A stretch of 64,000 nt of DNA, taken from the NCBI GenBank assembly GCA_947447375.1, contig CANFJB010000007.1, positions 48,280 to 112,279 of the forward strand. The letters run 5' to 3'. Source of the DNA: Bacteroidota bacterium. GTDB taxonomy: Bacteria > Bacteroidota > Bacteroidia > Flavobacteriales > Flavobacteriaceae. The notes below the pieces were generated by a model that had not been told where the DNA came from, searched no databases, and saw only the letters and a program-made list of their open reading frames with translations. The position numbers and the translations under genes were made by a program. Below are positions 9,898-19,932 of this stretch, piece after piece. Position 1 is the stretch's first letter; the number at the start of each line of letters is the position of its first letter.

Positions 9898-9972
9898 TGG
9901 GCGATGAGGGGTTCGAACCCCCGACCCCCTCGGTGTAAACGAGGTGCTCTGAACCAGCTGAGCTAATCGCCC
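9898..9972 (-). tRNA. tRNA-Val (anticodon TAC); CCA not encoded
   Basis: Reverse complement GGGCGATTAGCTCAGCTGGTTCAGAGCACCTCGTTTACACCGAGGGGGTCGGGGGTTCGAACCCCTCATCGCCCA; 7-bp acceptor stem, anticodon arm CCTCG-TTTACAC-CGAGG, TTCGAA T-loop. Confidence 0.97.
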
Positions 9973-9984
9973 TAAATTGGAGTG

Positions 9985-9992
9985 CAAATATA
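9985..9992 (-). promoter_or_regulatory. Bacteroidota sigma-A -7 box of tRNA-Val
   Basis: TATATTTG on the minus strand (TAnnTTTG consensus), 12 nt upstream of the tRNA. Confidence 0.7.
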
Positions 9993-10031
9993 CATTTAGA
10001 ATTTGTATTTGCAACTATTATTGTATAAAAA

Positions 10032-10406
10032 TTATTTTTTAATGATGTCTTTTAAAACAACTTTGTCAGGATAATTAATAAATTCTAGCGTTATTTGAAC
10101 ATTAGAAGTCGTTTGTCCCTCTACAATATAGATTTTCCCAGATTCATACTTAATGTTGCTTTTATCAAAATCAACGTCGCCATATTTCAAAGTATTTTTG
10201 ATATCTACCATGGTAACCCATTTTTCGTCCAGCTTTTTTGAAGCTTCAGGAGATAAATTAAATGGTTTAGTACTAAGATCATTCAGAACTCTAGCGTTTG
10301 GAAAATAATTACATCGAGTGTCCTTACCGCTTAATACCATTGCCACAAAAAAGCAACCCATAATTAATCCGACTAAATAATATGCAAATCGTTGGTAAAA
10401 TTTCAT
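10032..10406 (-). CDS. DUF4258-like conserved membrane-anchored protein
   Basis: N-terminal TM (RFAYYLVGLIMGC), CNYFPNARVL, LKYGDVDF.KS pattern typical of this Flavobacteriaceae family. Confidence 0.65.
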   Translation of the reverse strand: MKFYQRFAYYLVGLIMGCFFVAMVLSGKDTRCNYFPNARVLNDLSTKPFNLSPEASKKLDEKWVTMVDIKNTLKYGDVDFDKSNIKYESGKIYIVEGQTTSNVQITLEFINYPDKVVLKDIIKK

Positions 10407-10441
10407 TTTAATTTTTTTTGCAAATGTAAGGGAAAGTATGC

Positions 10442-11635
10442 TTAAAATACAATTAAATTGATGTCACTGTAATTTAAATTAAACCATTCGCCAATAGCTT
10501 TATTAGTCAATATTCCATGATAAGTATACACGCCGTGTTTTAATCCGTTGTTGTATCTAATGGCGCGTTCAATTCCGCCATCATCAGCTATTTGGAGTAG
10601 GAAAGGAGTGATGATATTACTAATAGAAAGAGATGCCGTTTTTGAATATCTAGATGGAATATTTGGAACACAATAATGAATAACTTCATGATTGATGAAA
10701 GTTGGTTTTTCATGAGTTGTTACTTCAGAAGTTTCAAAACAACCTCCAGTATCAATACTAACATCTACAATCACAGAGCCTTTTTTCATTAATTCAACCA
10801 TAGTTTCTGAAACTACAACTGGACAACGCTCTTTTCCTCTCATCGCTCCAATCGCAACATCACAACGTCTTAATGCTTTTAATAACGCCTTTTGCTGAAT
10901 TGTAGAAGTAAATATTCGTTGGTTTAAATTGTTCTGTAATCTTCTTAATTTGGTAATTGAATTATCAAACACTTTTACGCTTGCTCCCAATCCTAACGCG
11001 CTTTTAGCAGCAAATTCACCCACAGTTCCAGCACCCAAAATCACTACTTCTGTTGGTGGAACACCCGTAATATTTCCGAATAACAAACCTTTTCCAAATT
11101 GGTTGTTAATCATTAATTCTGAAGCGATTAATACCGAAGCAATTCCTGCAATTTCACTTAATGATTTTACAGCAGGGTAGGTGCCATCTTCATCTTTTAT
11201 ATATTCAAATGCTAATGCGGTTATTTTTTTCTTGGCAAGTGCCTCAAAATAATCTTTGTTTCTAGTTTTTAATTGAATAGCAGAAATTACAATCGTTTCA
11301 GGATTGACCAACTCAATTTCTTCTATTGATAAAGGAGATATTTTCAATAACATTGGGCAACTGAAAACTTTCTTTGTATCGGCAGTAATTTCTGCACCAG
11401 CATCGCTAAACTCTTGATCGGTATAACTAGCGCTTAAACCAGCTCCCGATTCTATCATCACTCGGTGACCTTCTGATACCAAAGAGTTTACGGCGTCTGG
11501 TGTCAAACAAATTCTTCGCTCCTGATAACTAGATTCTTTTGGAATACCAATAAAAAGATCACTTCGCTGCTTAGAAATTTCTAATTTTTCCTCCTGCGGA
11601 AGTAATTGCGATTTAGAAAAAGGGGTAATTGCCAT
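10442..11635 (-). CDS. ald: Alanine dehydrogenase/PNT family protein (N-terminally extended, atypical)
   Basis: IGIPKE..ERR..LTP, SEIAG, VVILGAGTVG Rossmann motif, VDVSIDTGGCFETS, HYCVPNIP. Confidence 0.8.
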   Translation of the reverse strand: MAITPFSKSQLLPQEEKLEISKQRSDLFIGIPKESSYQERRICLTPDAVNSLVSEGHRVMIESGAGLSASYTDQEFSDAGAEITADTKKVFSCPMLLKISPLSIEEIELVNPETIVISAIQLKTRNKDYFEALAKKKITALAFEYIKDEDGTYPAVKSLSEIAGIASVLIASELMINNQFGKGLLFGNITGVPPTEVVILGAGTVGEFAAKSALGLGASVKVFDNSITKLRRLQNNLNQRIFTSTIQQKALLKALRRCDVAIGAMRGKERCPVVVSETMVELMKKGSVIVDVSIDTGGCFETSEVTTHEKPTFINHEVIHYCVPNIPSRYSKTASLSISNIITPFLLQIADDGGIERAIRYNNGLKHGVYTYHGILTNKAIGEWFNLNYSDINLIVF

Positions 11636-11695
11636 TGATTATTTAATTAAAATATAAATTTATAAAAAATTATGTGAAATAATCAATTATCGAAA

Positions 11696-12103
11696 TTATT
11701 TATAAATCAATTTTCTAAATCCATTTGGTAAAATCTCAATATTTATGGTAGAACACTTTTCTGGTATCAAACTTTCTATCTTTTCAGGCCACTCAATAAA
11801 ACACCAATTTCCAGAATATAAATAGTCATCAATTCCCATGTCTAAAGCTTCGACTTCAGTTTTTAATCGATAACAATCAAAATGGTAAACTATTTGATTA
11901 TCATGTGTTTGATACTCATTAACTAAAGAAAAAGTTGGGCTACTTGTATTGCCGATTACGCCTAATTTCTGACTCAAACTTTTTATCAAAGTAGTTTTCC
12001 CAACACCCATATTTCCATTAAATAATATGACTTTATTTGGGTTTTGAGCCAATATTATTTGTGCAACATTATCAATTTCTTCCAATGAAAAAACAACTTC
12101 CAT
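11696..12103 (-). CDS. tsaE: tRNA threonylcarbamoyladenosine biosynthesis ATPase TsaE
   Basis: GNMGVGKTT P-loop, SSPTFSLVNEY, YHFDCYRL, IEWPE. Confidence 0.96.
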   Translation of the reverse strand: MEVVFSLEEIDNVAQIILAQNPNKVILFNGNMGVGKTTLIKSLSQKLGVIGNTSSPTFSLVNEYQTHDNQIVYHFDCYRLKTEVEALDMGIDDYLYSGNWCFIEWPEKIESLIPEKCSTINIEILPNGFRKLIYK

Positions 12104-12123
12104 TCTATTTAAATTATCAATTA

Positions 12124-13677
12124 TTATTTTGGATTCATTACTAAAAACGGAACAATCATCTCTTCCAATGAAATTCCTCCGTGCTGGTAAGTATTTCTGT
12201 AGTAACTCACATAGTGATTGTAATTATTTACATAAGCTAAGAAATAATCATTCTTTGCAAAAATATACGAACTACTCATATTTATCGCTGGTAATCCTAC
12301 TTTTCTAGGATCTTTAACAGCATAAACGTCTTTATCTTCGTAGGACAAACTTCTACCAGTTTTATATCTCAAGTTCAAACTCGTGTTTTTATCACCAATT
12401 ACTTTCGAAGGATTCTTTACATTTATCGTTCCGTGGTCAGTTGTAATTATCAATTTAAAACCTAGTTTTTGCGCCTGTTGAATGATTTCTAATAAAGGTG
12501 AATTCTTAAACCAACTCAGCGTTAAAGAGCGATATGCTTTGTCATCTGAAGCCAATTCTTTCACCACATCCATTTCTGTTTTCGCATGTGAAAGCATGTC
12601 CACAAAATTGTAAACCACTGTCACTAAGTCGTTATTTTTATAGGTTTTGAAATTATCAACTAATTTCTTGCCCGATGCTAAATTGGTTATTTTAAAATAA
12701 TCTTGTTTGATGTTTAACCCCAAACGTTTTAAATGTGCTGTTAAAAATTCAGCTTCATACAAGTTTTTTCCTCCTTCATCAGGATCGTTTTTCCAATATT
12801 GTGGAAATTGTTTTTCCATTTCAAGAGGCGTTAATCCTGAGAAAATGGCGTTTCTAGCATATTGAGTTGCAGTAGGTAAAATAGCATAATACGGAACTTC
12901 TTTCTCTAATTTGTAATGGTTGTTTACCACACTTTCAAAAACTTTCCATTGGTCGTAACGCAAATTGTCAATTACCACAAATAGAATTGGCTTGTCTTTT
13001 TTAGTGATTTCCGGAACTACCAATTCACGAAATAAATTATGTGACAAAACCGGTTTATCCGCTTTAGGCTCGTACCAATCTTCATAATTACGTTCTATAA
13101 ACTTTCCAAACTGCGAATTGGCTTCCACTTTTTGAGATTCCAATATCTGAATCATACTGTGATCATTGATATCTTCTAGTTCTAATTCCCAGAAAATCAA
13201 TTTTTTATACAACTCAATCCAATCTTCATAAGAATTTACCATTGCCATATCCATCGAAATTTTTCTAAATTCCTTCTGGTAATCCATCGTGGTTTTTTGA
13301 GAAATCAATCGTGAATGATCCAAGTTCTTTTTCAAACTCAATAATATCTGATTCGGATTGACTGGCTTAATCAAATAATCAGCGATTTTCGACCCAATCG
13401 CTTCCTCCATAATATATTCTTCCTCACTCTTAGTGATCATAATCATTGGTGTTGCCGACTTTTTTTCCTTCATTTCCGACAAGGTTTCCAATCCGCTCAT
13501 TCCTGGCATATTTTCATCTAGAAAAACAATGTCAAAATCGCCTTCCTCAAATATTTCAATAGCATCCCGACCATTATTACAACTCGTAACATGGTAATTC
13601 TTCATTTCCAAAAATAAAATGTGTGGCTTTAACAATTCAATTTCATCATCAACCCAAAGTATTTTGATCTTATCCAT
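12124..13677 (-). CDS. porX: PorX response regulator (receiver + PglZ phosphodiesterase domain)
   Basis: ILWVDDEI..LKPH, FLDENMPG receiver; VIDNLRYDQW, LPTATQYARNAIF, TTDHG, YQHGGISLEEM PglZ motifs; adjacent to tsaE. Confidence 0.93.
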   Translation of the reverse strand: MDKIKILWVDDEIELLKPHILFLEMKNYHVTSCNNGRDAIEIFEEGDFDIVFLDENMPGMSGLETLSEMKEKKSATPMIMITKSEEEYIMEEAIGSKIADYLIKPVNPNQILLSLKKNLDHSRLISQKTTMDYQKEFRKISMDMAMVNSYEDWIELYKKLIFWELELEDINDHSMIQILESQKVEANSQFGKFIERNYEDWYEPKADKPVLSHNLFRELVVPEITKKDKPILFVVIDNLRYDQWKVFESVVNNHYKLEKEVPYYAILPTATQYARNAIFSGLTPLEMEKQFPQYWKNDPDEGGKNLYEAEFLTAHLKRLGLNIKQDYFKITNLASGKKLVDNFKTYKNNDLVTVVYNFVDMLSHAKTEMDVVKELASDDKAYRSLTLSWFKNSPLLEIIQQAQKLGFKLIITTDHGTINVKNPSKVIGDKNTSLNLRYKTGRSLSYEDKDVYAVKDPRKVGLPAINMSSSYIFAKNDYFLAYVNNYNHYVSYYRNTYQHGGISLEEMIVPFLVMNPK

Positions 13678-13768
13678 CGCGCTTTTTTTAGTTCAATTAT
13701 CTTTTAAAAATAATGTAGCAAATTAACACTTTTTCAACGCTAACTTCTTAAATTTATTGTAATTTTTT

Positions 13769-13836
13769 GGAGCTATTTCCTGCTTTCCGTTCCACTCCTC
13801 GCTAAAAAGCGAGGGAGTTCACTGCAATCAGGGCTA
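13769..13836 (+). repeat. 68-bp structured intergenic repeat (REP/MITE-like), copy 1
   Basis: GGAGCTATTTCCTGCT...TCCTCGC-TAAAAA-GCGAGGGA...ATCAGGGCTA; a homologous 68-bp copy lies at 32727-32794 on the minus strand. Confidence 0.8.
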
Positions 13837-13930
13837 AAACCGTTTCGATTTCTATTTGATGAAAATTCAAATATTCAAATTTCCTAGTTCTATTATCAAA
13901 TTTATTTTAGCGCAAACCAATTTTAATATC

Positions 13931-13938
13931 TAAATTTG
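13931..13938 (+). promoter_or_regulatory. Sigma-A -7 box upstream of the M13 peptidase
   Basis: TAAATTTG, 28 nt before the ATG. Confidence 0.55.
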
Positions 13939-13966
13939 AAGTTCCAAAAACTAAATATTTAGAATT

Positions 13967-15994
13967 ATGAAAAACTCAAGAATACTAGTAATCCTTGTTG
14001 TAGCAAGTTTAAATTTAATAAGCTGCAATAAAAAAGAAGTTGAATTATCTGATCCATTAGTTACCAATCGTGATACTTTGGTAAATCCTGCCGACGACTT
14101 TTTTAAATATGCCAATGGCGGTTGGTTTAAAAATAATCCAATTCCGTCAACAGAGCAAAGCAACGGGATTTTCCGCACAATCGCTGACACAATAAACAAT
14201 CAAATCAAGCAAATATGTGAAAAATCAGCTCAAGATGAGTCTGCTGAAAAAGGCAGTAACAAACAAAAAATTGGAGATTTCTATGCTTCTGGAATGGATA
14301 CAATCGCTATCAATAAAGCTGGAATTTCACCTTTAAAATCGGAGTTTGATAAAATCGACGCAATTAAAGATGTACCTTCATTAGTAACATCAATCGCGCA
14401 TCTTCACACCATTGGCGCAAGCCCAGCATTTTCATTTTATTTAGGTCAAGATGATAAAATTAGTACAAAATACGCTTTATTTTTAGGTCAAGGTGGTTTA
14501 GGACTTGGAAATCGCGATTACTATTTTAACACTGATGAACAAACTGTAAAAATCAGAACAGAATATGTAAAACACCTTCAAGCAATTTTGAAATTAATTG
14601 GTCAAAACGAAGCCGGTGCTACTTCAATTATGAAATTGGAAACCGATTTGGCAAAAGCTTCAAGAAAATTAGAAGACCTTCGTGATCCAATAAAAAATTA
14701 CAACAAAATGACAGTTGCTAGTTTAGGGAAAATCACGCCAAATATCAATTGGAATTTAATTTTTCCAGTACTTGGAGTTGCTAAAGCTGACTCAGTAATT
14801 GTTGGCCAACCAGAATTCTATAAAGCTTTAAATACTTTTGTAAAAAGTTATTCTATCGAAGATTGGAAAACGTACTTGAAATGGGATTTAGTAAATTCCT
14901 ATGCAGCTTACTTAAATAGCGATATTGAAAAACAAAATTTTAAATTCTATTCCACAGTTATGAATGGTGTTTCTAAGCAAAAACCAAGATGGAAAAGGGT
15001 AGTGGGGCAAACAGATAATTATCTTGGCGAGTTAATTGGGCAGGTTTATGTTGCTGAATATTTGCCGAAAGGCTCAAAAGAGAAGTTATTGGAAATTGGC
15101 AATAATATTCGCGATGTTTATGCTGATCATATCAAAAAACTGGATTGGATGAGCGAAGCAACAAAAGTTAAAGCGCTAAAAAAGTTGAGCAAAATTGTAA
15201 TGAAAGTGGGTTATCCAGACAAATGGAAAGACATGAGCTCAATGAAAATTGATAGAAAATCGTATTGTGGCAATGTTATTCAAGCTAATATTTGGAGCTA
15301 TAAAGACATGATCAATAAATACGGAAAAGCTGTTGACAGAACGGAATGGAGCATGAATCCGCAAACCTACAACGCCTATTATAATCCAAGTAATAACGAA
15401 ATTGTAGTTCCTGCTTGTAATATTATCGTCCCAGGTTTTGAAGGAAGAATGCCTGATGATGCTATTTTATATGGGATAATAGGCGGATCGACTTTTGGAC
15501 ACGAAATTACTCATGGTTTTGATGATCAAGGAAGTCAATATGACGAAAACGGAAATTTGAACAATTGGTGGACACCAGAAGATTTGAAAAAATTCCAAGC
15601 CAAAACAAAGTTGATTGTTTTTCAGTTTAATAAATATACTGTTTTAGGCAACAAACACATTAACGGCGAAGCTACTCAAGGAGAAAATATTGCCGATTTG
15701 GGCGGTGTTGTTATGGGTTATGAAGCTTTCAAAAAAACAGCACAATATAAAAACAATCAAAAAATTAGCAATTTATCTCCCGATCAACGTTTTTTCCTTG
15801 CTTATGGTTATGCTTGGATGGTAAACACTAAAGATGAGGCGTTGGCATCACAAATTATGACCGATGTTCATGCTCCAGCGCAATTTAGAATTAATGGTCC
15901 TTTGAGTAATATTCCTGAATTTTACAAAGCATTTAATGTAAAACTGGGAAACAAAATGTACCAACCAGATTCACTTAGAGTTGTTATTTGGTAA
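13967..15994 (+). CDS. M13 family (neprilysin/PepO-like) zinc metallopeptidase, lipoprotein
   Basis: Lipobox LISC; P.DDFFKYANGGW; NAYYNP..NEI; HEITHGFDDQG (HExxH); GENIADLGG; HAPAQFRING. Confidence 0.95.
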   Translation: MKNSRILVILVVASLNLISCNKKEVELSDPLVTNRDTLVNPADDFFKYANGGWFKNNPIPSTEQSNGIFRTIADTINNQIKQICEKSAQDESAEKGSNKQKIGDFYASGMDTIAINKAGISPLKSEFDKIDAIKDVPSLVTSIAHLHTIGASPAFSFYLGQDDKISTKYALFLGQGGLGLGNRDYYFNTDEQTVKIRTEYVKHLQAILKLIGQNEAGATSIMKLETDLAKASRKLEDLRDPIKNYNKMTVASLGKITPNINWNLIFPVLGVAKADSVIVGQPEFYKALNTFVKSYSIEDWKTYLKWDLVNSYAAYLNSDIEKQNFKFYSTVMNGVSKQKPRWKRVVGQTDNYLGELIGQVYVAEYLPKGSKEKLLEIGNNIRDVYADHIKKLDWMSEATKVKALKKLSKIVMKVGYPDKWKDMSSMKIDRKSYCGNVIQANIWSYKDMINKYGKAVDRTEWSMNPQTYNAYYNPSNNEIVVPACNIIVPGFEGRMPDDAILYGIIGGSTFGHEITHGFDDQGSQYDENGNLNNWWTPEDLKKFQAKTKLIVFQFNKYTVLGNKHINGEATQGENIADLGGVVMGYEAFKKTAQYKNNQKISNLSPDQRFFLAYGYAWMVNTKDEALASQIMTDVHAPAQFRINGPLSNIPEFYKAFNVKLGNKMYQPDSLRVVIW

Positions 15995-16011
15995 ATTAAA
16001 TAGCAATTATA

Positions 16012-16041
16012 GGAGACCGTACTTAGTGCGGTCTTTTTTTT
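16012..16041 (+). terminator. Rho-independent terminator
   Basis: AGACCGTAC-TTA-GTGCGGTCT followed by a T-run. Confidence 0.8.
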
Positions 16042-16076
16042 GTTAAAATTTCAATTTAAAAAAAGTGATAATTGTT

Positions 16077-16084
16077 TATATTTG
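16077..16084 (+). promoter_or_regulatory. Sigma-A -7 box upstream of the HD gene
   Basis: TATATTTG, 21 nt before the GTG start. Confidence 0.6.
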
Positions 16085-16105
16085 CATTACAAAACCCAAT
16101 AGAAA

Positions 16106-17341
16106 GTGAATCAAATCAATAAATTAAAAATATTAAACGATCCAATTTATGGGTTTATTTCTATTCCAAATCCATTTATTTACGATTTAATTCAACACCC
16201 TTATTTTCAACGTTTGCGTAGAATTTCACAAATGGGTTTGTCTTATTTGGTTTATCCTGGGGCGCATCATACTCGTTTTCACCATGCTTTGGGCTGCATG
16301 CACATTATGCAAAAAGCAATTGAAGTACTTCGTTTCAAAGGGGTTTCTATTTCTGAAGAGGAGGAAAATGCTTTACTCGTAGCCATATTATTGCACGATA
16401 TTGGTCACGGCCCGTTTTCTCATGCAATGGAACATAGCATCGTTGAAGATGTAAATCACGAAGCTATTTCTTTGTTGTTTATGAATAAATTAAACGAAGA
16501 ATTTGAAGGGAAATTAAGCTTGGCAATACAAATATTTAAAGGCGATTATCATAGAAAATTCATGCTCCAATTAATTTCTAGTCAGCTAGATATGGATCGG
16601 ATGGATTATTTGAAAAGAGATAGTTTTTATTCGGGCGTTGCTGAAGGAAACATCAGTTCCGACCGATTAATTCAAATGATGACAGTAGTTGACGATCAAT
16701 TGGTTATTGAAGAAAAAGGAATTTATTCCGTAGAGAAATTCTTAATGGCAAGACGATTAATGTACTGGCAAGTTTATTTTCATAAAACTAGTTTAGTTGC
16801 AGAGTTAATTTTGACGAAAGTTTTAAAAAGGGCTAAAGAATTGACTCAAAAAGGTATTGTTTTAAATTGTAGTGAATCGTTACTTTATTTCATGAATAAC
16901 AAGATTGAGTTGGCCACATTTGATAATGTAACTTTGGATAAGTTTGCAAATTTGGACGATTTTGACATTATCAGTGCACTAAAATCTTGGATTAATAACG
17001 AAGATTTTATTTTAAGTAATTTGAGTAAAATGATAATTCATAGAGATTTATTGAAGATAAAATTGAACAGTGAAAAATTCTCGAAAGCGGATTTAGAATC
17101 ACTTCAACAAACTTTTTCTAAAGAAAATCAAATATCAATTCAAGATTCAAGTTACTTTATTTTTAAAGGAAAAATTAAAAATCAAGCTTACAGTGTTCAA
17201 GCAGAGCCAATTAGAATTCTTAAAAAAGACAATACGGTTGAAGATGTAGTTGAAGCTTCTGATCAACTCAATTTGAAATCGATATCAAAAGAGGTGACAA
17301 AATATTATCTATGTTATCCAAAACAACTGATAAAAAGTTAA
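16106..17341 (+). CDS. HD-domain phosphohydrolase (dNTP triphosphohydrolase-like)
   Basis: DPIYG, FQRLRRISQMG, HTRFHHALG, LLHDIGHGPFSH, DMDRMDYLKRD. Confidence 0.9.
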   Translation: MNQINKLKILNDPIYGFISIPNPFIYDLIQHPYFQRLRRISQMGLSYLVYPGAHHTRFHHALGCMHIMQKAIEVLRFKGVSISEEEENALLVAILLHDIGHGPFSHAMEHSIVEDVNHEAISLLFMNKLNEEFEGKLSLAIQIFKGDYHRKFMLQLISSQLDMDRMDYLKRDSFYSGVAEGNISSDRLIQMMTVVDDQLVIEEKGIYSVEKFLMARRLMYWQVYFHKTSLVAELILTKVLKRAKELTQKGIVLNCSESLLYFMNNKIELATFDNVTLDKFANLDDFDIISALKSWINNEDFILSNLSKMIIHRDLLKIKLNSEKFSKADLESLQQTFSKENQISIQDSSYFIFKGKIKNQAYSVQAEPIRILKKDNTVEDVVEASDQLNLKSISKEVTKYYLCYPKQLIKS

Positions 17342-17362
17342 ATAATAATTACTATTTTTTTA

Positions 17363-17370
17363 TATTTTTG
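17363..17370 (+). promoter_or_regulatory. Sigma-A -7 box upstream of lpxD
   Basis: TATTTTTG in the intergenic gap before lpxD. Confidence 0.45.
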
Positions 17371-17462
17371 TAAAGTTAAAAAAGCCAATAAATATCTAAT
17401 GATTAAAACAGCTACAAATATTCAGTTCTTTCTAAATCATCTAAACAATTAATTTGATTCAG

Positions 17463-18482
17463 ATGAAATTTACAGCAGAGCAAATAGCGGGAATTTTAGA
17501 AGGAGAGGTAGTTGGTAATCCAAATGCTGAAGTTTCTAAATTATCAAAAATTGAAGAAGGAGCTGAAGGATCTTTGACTTTTTTATCCAATAAAAAATAC
17601 AATAACTACATTTATACTACTAAGGCCACAATTACTATTGTTAACAAAACCTTTGTTCCTGAGGGAGAAATTAACACAACGCTTATTAAAGTTGACGATG
17701 CATATCTTGCTTTTTCTAAATTATTAGAATTTTACAATCAAGCTAAATCTAATAAAGTTGGCATCGAGCAACCCTCTGTAATTTCAGAAAATGTTAAGTA
17801 CGGTGATAATTTTTATTTAGGGAGTTTTGCTTACATCGGAACGAATGTTACAATGGGAGATAATGTAAAAATTTACCCAAATTGTTTTATTGGAGATAAT
17901 GTTGTGATTGGTAATAATGTTACTATTTTTGCTGGTGCAAAAGTTTTTTCAGAAACTGAAATTGGCAATAATGTAGCTGTGCATTCAGGAGCAGTTTTAG
18001 GTGGTGATGGTTTTGGTTTTGCTCCAAATCCGGATGGAAAATATAGTAAAATTCCACAAATTGGTAACTTGATTATTGAAGACAACGTGAATATTGGTGC
18101 TGGAACTACAATCGATAGAGCCACAATGGGATCAACGATTATTCGAAAAGGAGTGAAGTTGGACAATCAAATTCAAGTGGGACACAATGTAGAAATTGGT
18201 GAAAACACCGTAATTGCAGCTCAAACAGGAATTGCAGGTTCAACTAAAATCGGAAAAAACTGCATGATAGGTGGACAAGTTGGATTTGCAGGACATATAA
18301 CTGTTGGTAATAACGTCCATATTCAAGGAAAAACCGGAGTTACAAAAAGTGTGAAGGACGGTGAAATCCTTCAAGGAAATCCAGCAATGTCTTATAAAGA
18401 ATATTATAAATCATATGTTCATTTTAAAAATTTGCCTACAATAGTAGATGATTTAGAAAAATTAAAATTAAACAGTAAATAA
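17463..18482 (+). CDS. lpxD: UDP-3-O-(3-hydroxyacyl)glucosamine N-acyltransferase LpxD
   Basis: Hexapeptide repeats, [30 protein letters not shown]; ATG at 17463. Confidence 0.95.
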   Translation: MKFTAEQIAGILEGEVVGNPNAEVSKLSKIEEGAEGSLTFLSNKKYNNYIYTTKATITIVNKTFVPEGEINTTLIKVDDAYLAFSKLLEFYNQAKSNKVGIEQPSVISENVKYGDNFYLGSFAYIGTNVTMGDNVKIYPNCFIGDNVVIGNNVTIFAGAKVFSETEIGNNVAVHSGAVLGGDGFGFAPNPDGKYSKIPQIGNLIIEDNVNIGAGTTIDRATMGSTIIRKGVKLDNQIQVGHNVEIGENTVIAAQTGIAGSTKIGKNCMIGGQVGFAGHITVGNNVHIQGKTGVTKSVKDGEILQGNPAMSYKEYYKSYVHFKNLPTIVDDLEKLKLNSK

Positions 18483-18490
18483 GTTATATA

Positions 18491-19882
18491 ATGACGGTTA
18501 AACAAAATACAATTGGCAAGGAAATATCTCTAAGTGGGGTTGGATTACACACTGGAAAAGAGGTGAAAATGACTTTTAAACCTGCACCAATAAACAGTGG
18601 TTTTTCATTTGTTAGAATTGATTTAGAAGGTTCTCCAGTTATTGAAGCTGATGCTAATTATGTTGTAAACACTCAAAGAGGAACAAATTTAGAAAAATTA
18701 GGTGTTAAGATTCAAACTCCAGAACACGTTTTAGCGGCTTTAATAGGTTGCGATCTTGATAATGTAACTATAGAATTAGATTCTTCAGAACTTCCTATTA
18801 TGGATGGTTCTTCAAAATATTTTGTTGAAGCACTTGAAACAGCAGGAATTGTAGAACAAGAAGCTTACAGAAATTATTATACCGTAAAAGAGATAATTTC
18901 TTTTACAGATGAAACTACAGGAAGTGAAATTATTGTAATGCCAAGTGATGAATATCAAATTACTACAATGGTAGATTTTGGTACAAAAGTATTAGGAACT
19001 CAAAATGCAACATTAAAATCAATATCCGATTTCAAAAAAGAAATATCAGATTCTAGAACTTTTAGTTTCCTTCATGAATTGGAATCATTGTTAGACAATG
19101 GTTTGATAAAAGGGGGGGATTTAAATAATGCAATTGTATATGTGGACAAAGATATTTCTGAAACCACAATGGAAAATTTAAAGAAGGCATTTGGAAAAGA
19201 AAAAATCACGGTTAAACCAAATGGTATTTTAGATAATTTGACTTTGCATTATCCAAATGAAGCGGCAAGACATAAGTTACTAGATGTTATTGGTGATTTA
19301 GCATTGATTGGTACAAGAATAAAAGGTAAAGTAATTGCTAATAAACCTGGTCATTTTGTAAATACTCAGTTTGCAAAAAAAATGGCGAAATTGATTAAAA
19401 TAGAGCAACGCAATCATGTTCCAACTTATGATTTAAATCAAGAGCCCTTAATGGATATTCATAAAATAATGAATATTTTGCCTCACCGACCTCCATTTTT
19501 ATTTTTAGACAGAATAATTGAAATGTCTGATAATCATATAGTAGGTATGAAAAATGTTACTATGAATGAAAGTTTTTTTGTAGGACATTTTCCAGGAGCT
19601 CCTGTTATGCCTGGTGTTATAATAGTGGAAGCAATGGCGCAAACAGGTGGGATTTTAGTATTGAGCACCGTTCCAGATCCTGAGAATTATTTGACATATT
19701 TTATGAAAATTGATAATGTTAAATTCAAACATAAAGTGCTTCCGGGTGACACGTTAATTTTTAAATGTGAATTAATAACTCCTATCAGAAGAGGTATTTG
19801 TCACATGCAAGCTAATGCTTATGCAAATGGAAAATTAGTTGCTGAAGCAGAATTAATGGCACAAATTGCCAAAAATCAATAA
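18491..19882 (+). CDS. lpxC: Bifunctional LpxC deacetylase / FabZ dehydratase
   Basis: GVGLHTG, TPEHVLAAL, ARHKLLDVIGDL (LpxC) fused to LPHRPPFLFLD..GHFPGAPVMPGV..EAMAQ (FabZ). Confidence 0.96.
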   Translation: MTVKQNTIGKEISLSGVGLHTGKEVKMTFKPAPINSGFSFVRIDLEGSPVIEADANYVVNTQRGTNLEKLGVKIQTPEHVLAALIGCDLDNVTIELDSSELPIMDGSSKYFVEALETAGIVEQEAYRNYYTVKEIISFTDETTGSEIIVMPSDEYQITTMVDFGTKVLGTQNATLKSISDFKKEISDSRTFSFLHELESLLDNGLIKGGDLNNAIVYVDKDISETTMENLKKAFGKEKITVKPNGILDNLTLHYPNEAARHKLLDVIGDLALIGTRIKGKVIANKPGHFVNTQFAKKMAKLIKIEQRNHVPTYDLNQEPLMDIHKIMNILPHRPPFLFLDRIIEMSDNHIVGMKNVTMNESFFVGHFPGAPVMPGVIIVEAMAQTGGILVLSTVPDPENYLTYFMKIDNVKFKHKVLPGDTLIFKCELITPIRRGICHMQANAYANGKLVAEAELMAQIAKNQ

Positions 19883-19932
19883 TTACATTAGATAAAGATC
19901 TAATAAAAAGTGAAACGAATAAATATTAAATC

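Noticed and set aside
5129-9972. Genomic island integrated at the 3' end of tRNA-Val
   Set aside because: AT-rich accessory genes do abut the tRNA 3' end, but I found no duplicated tRNA 3' fragment (att site) and no integrase in the window
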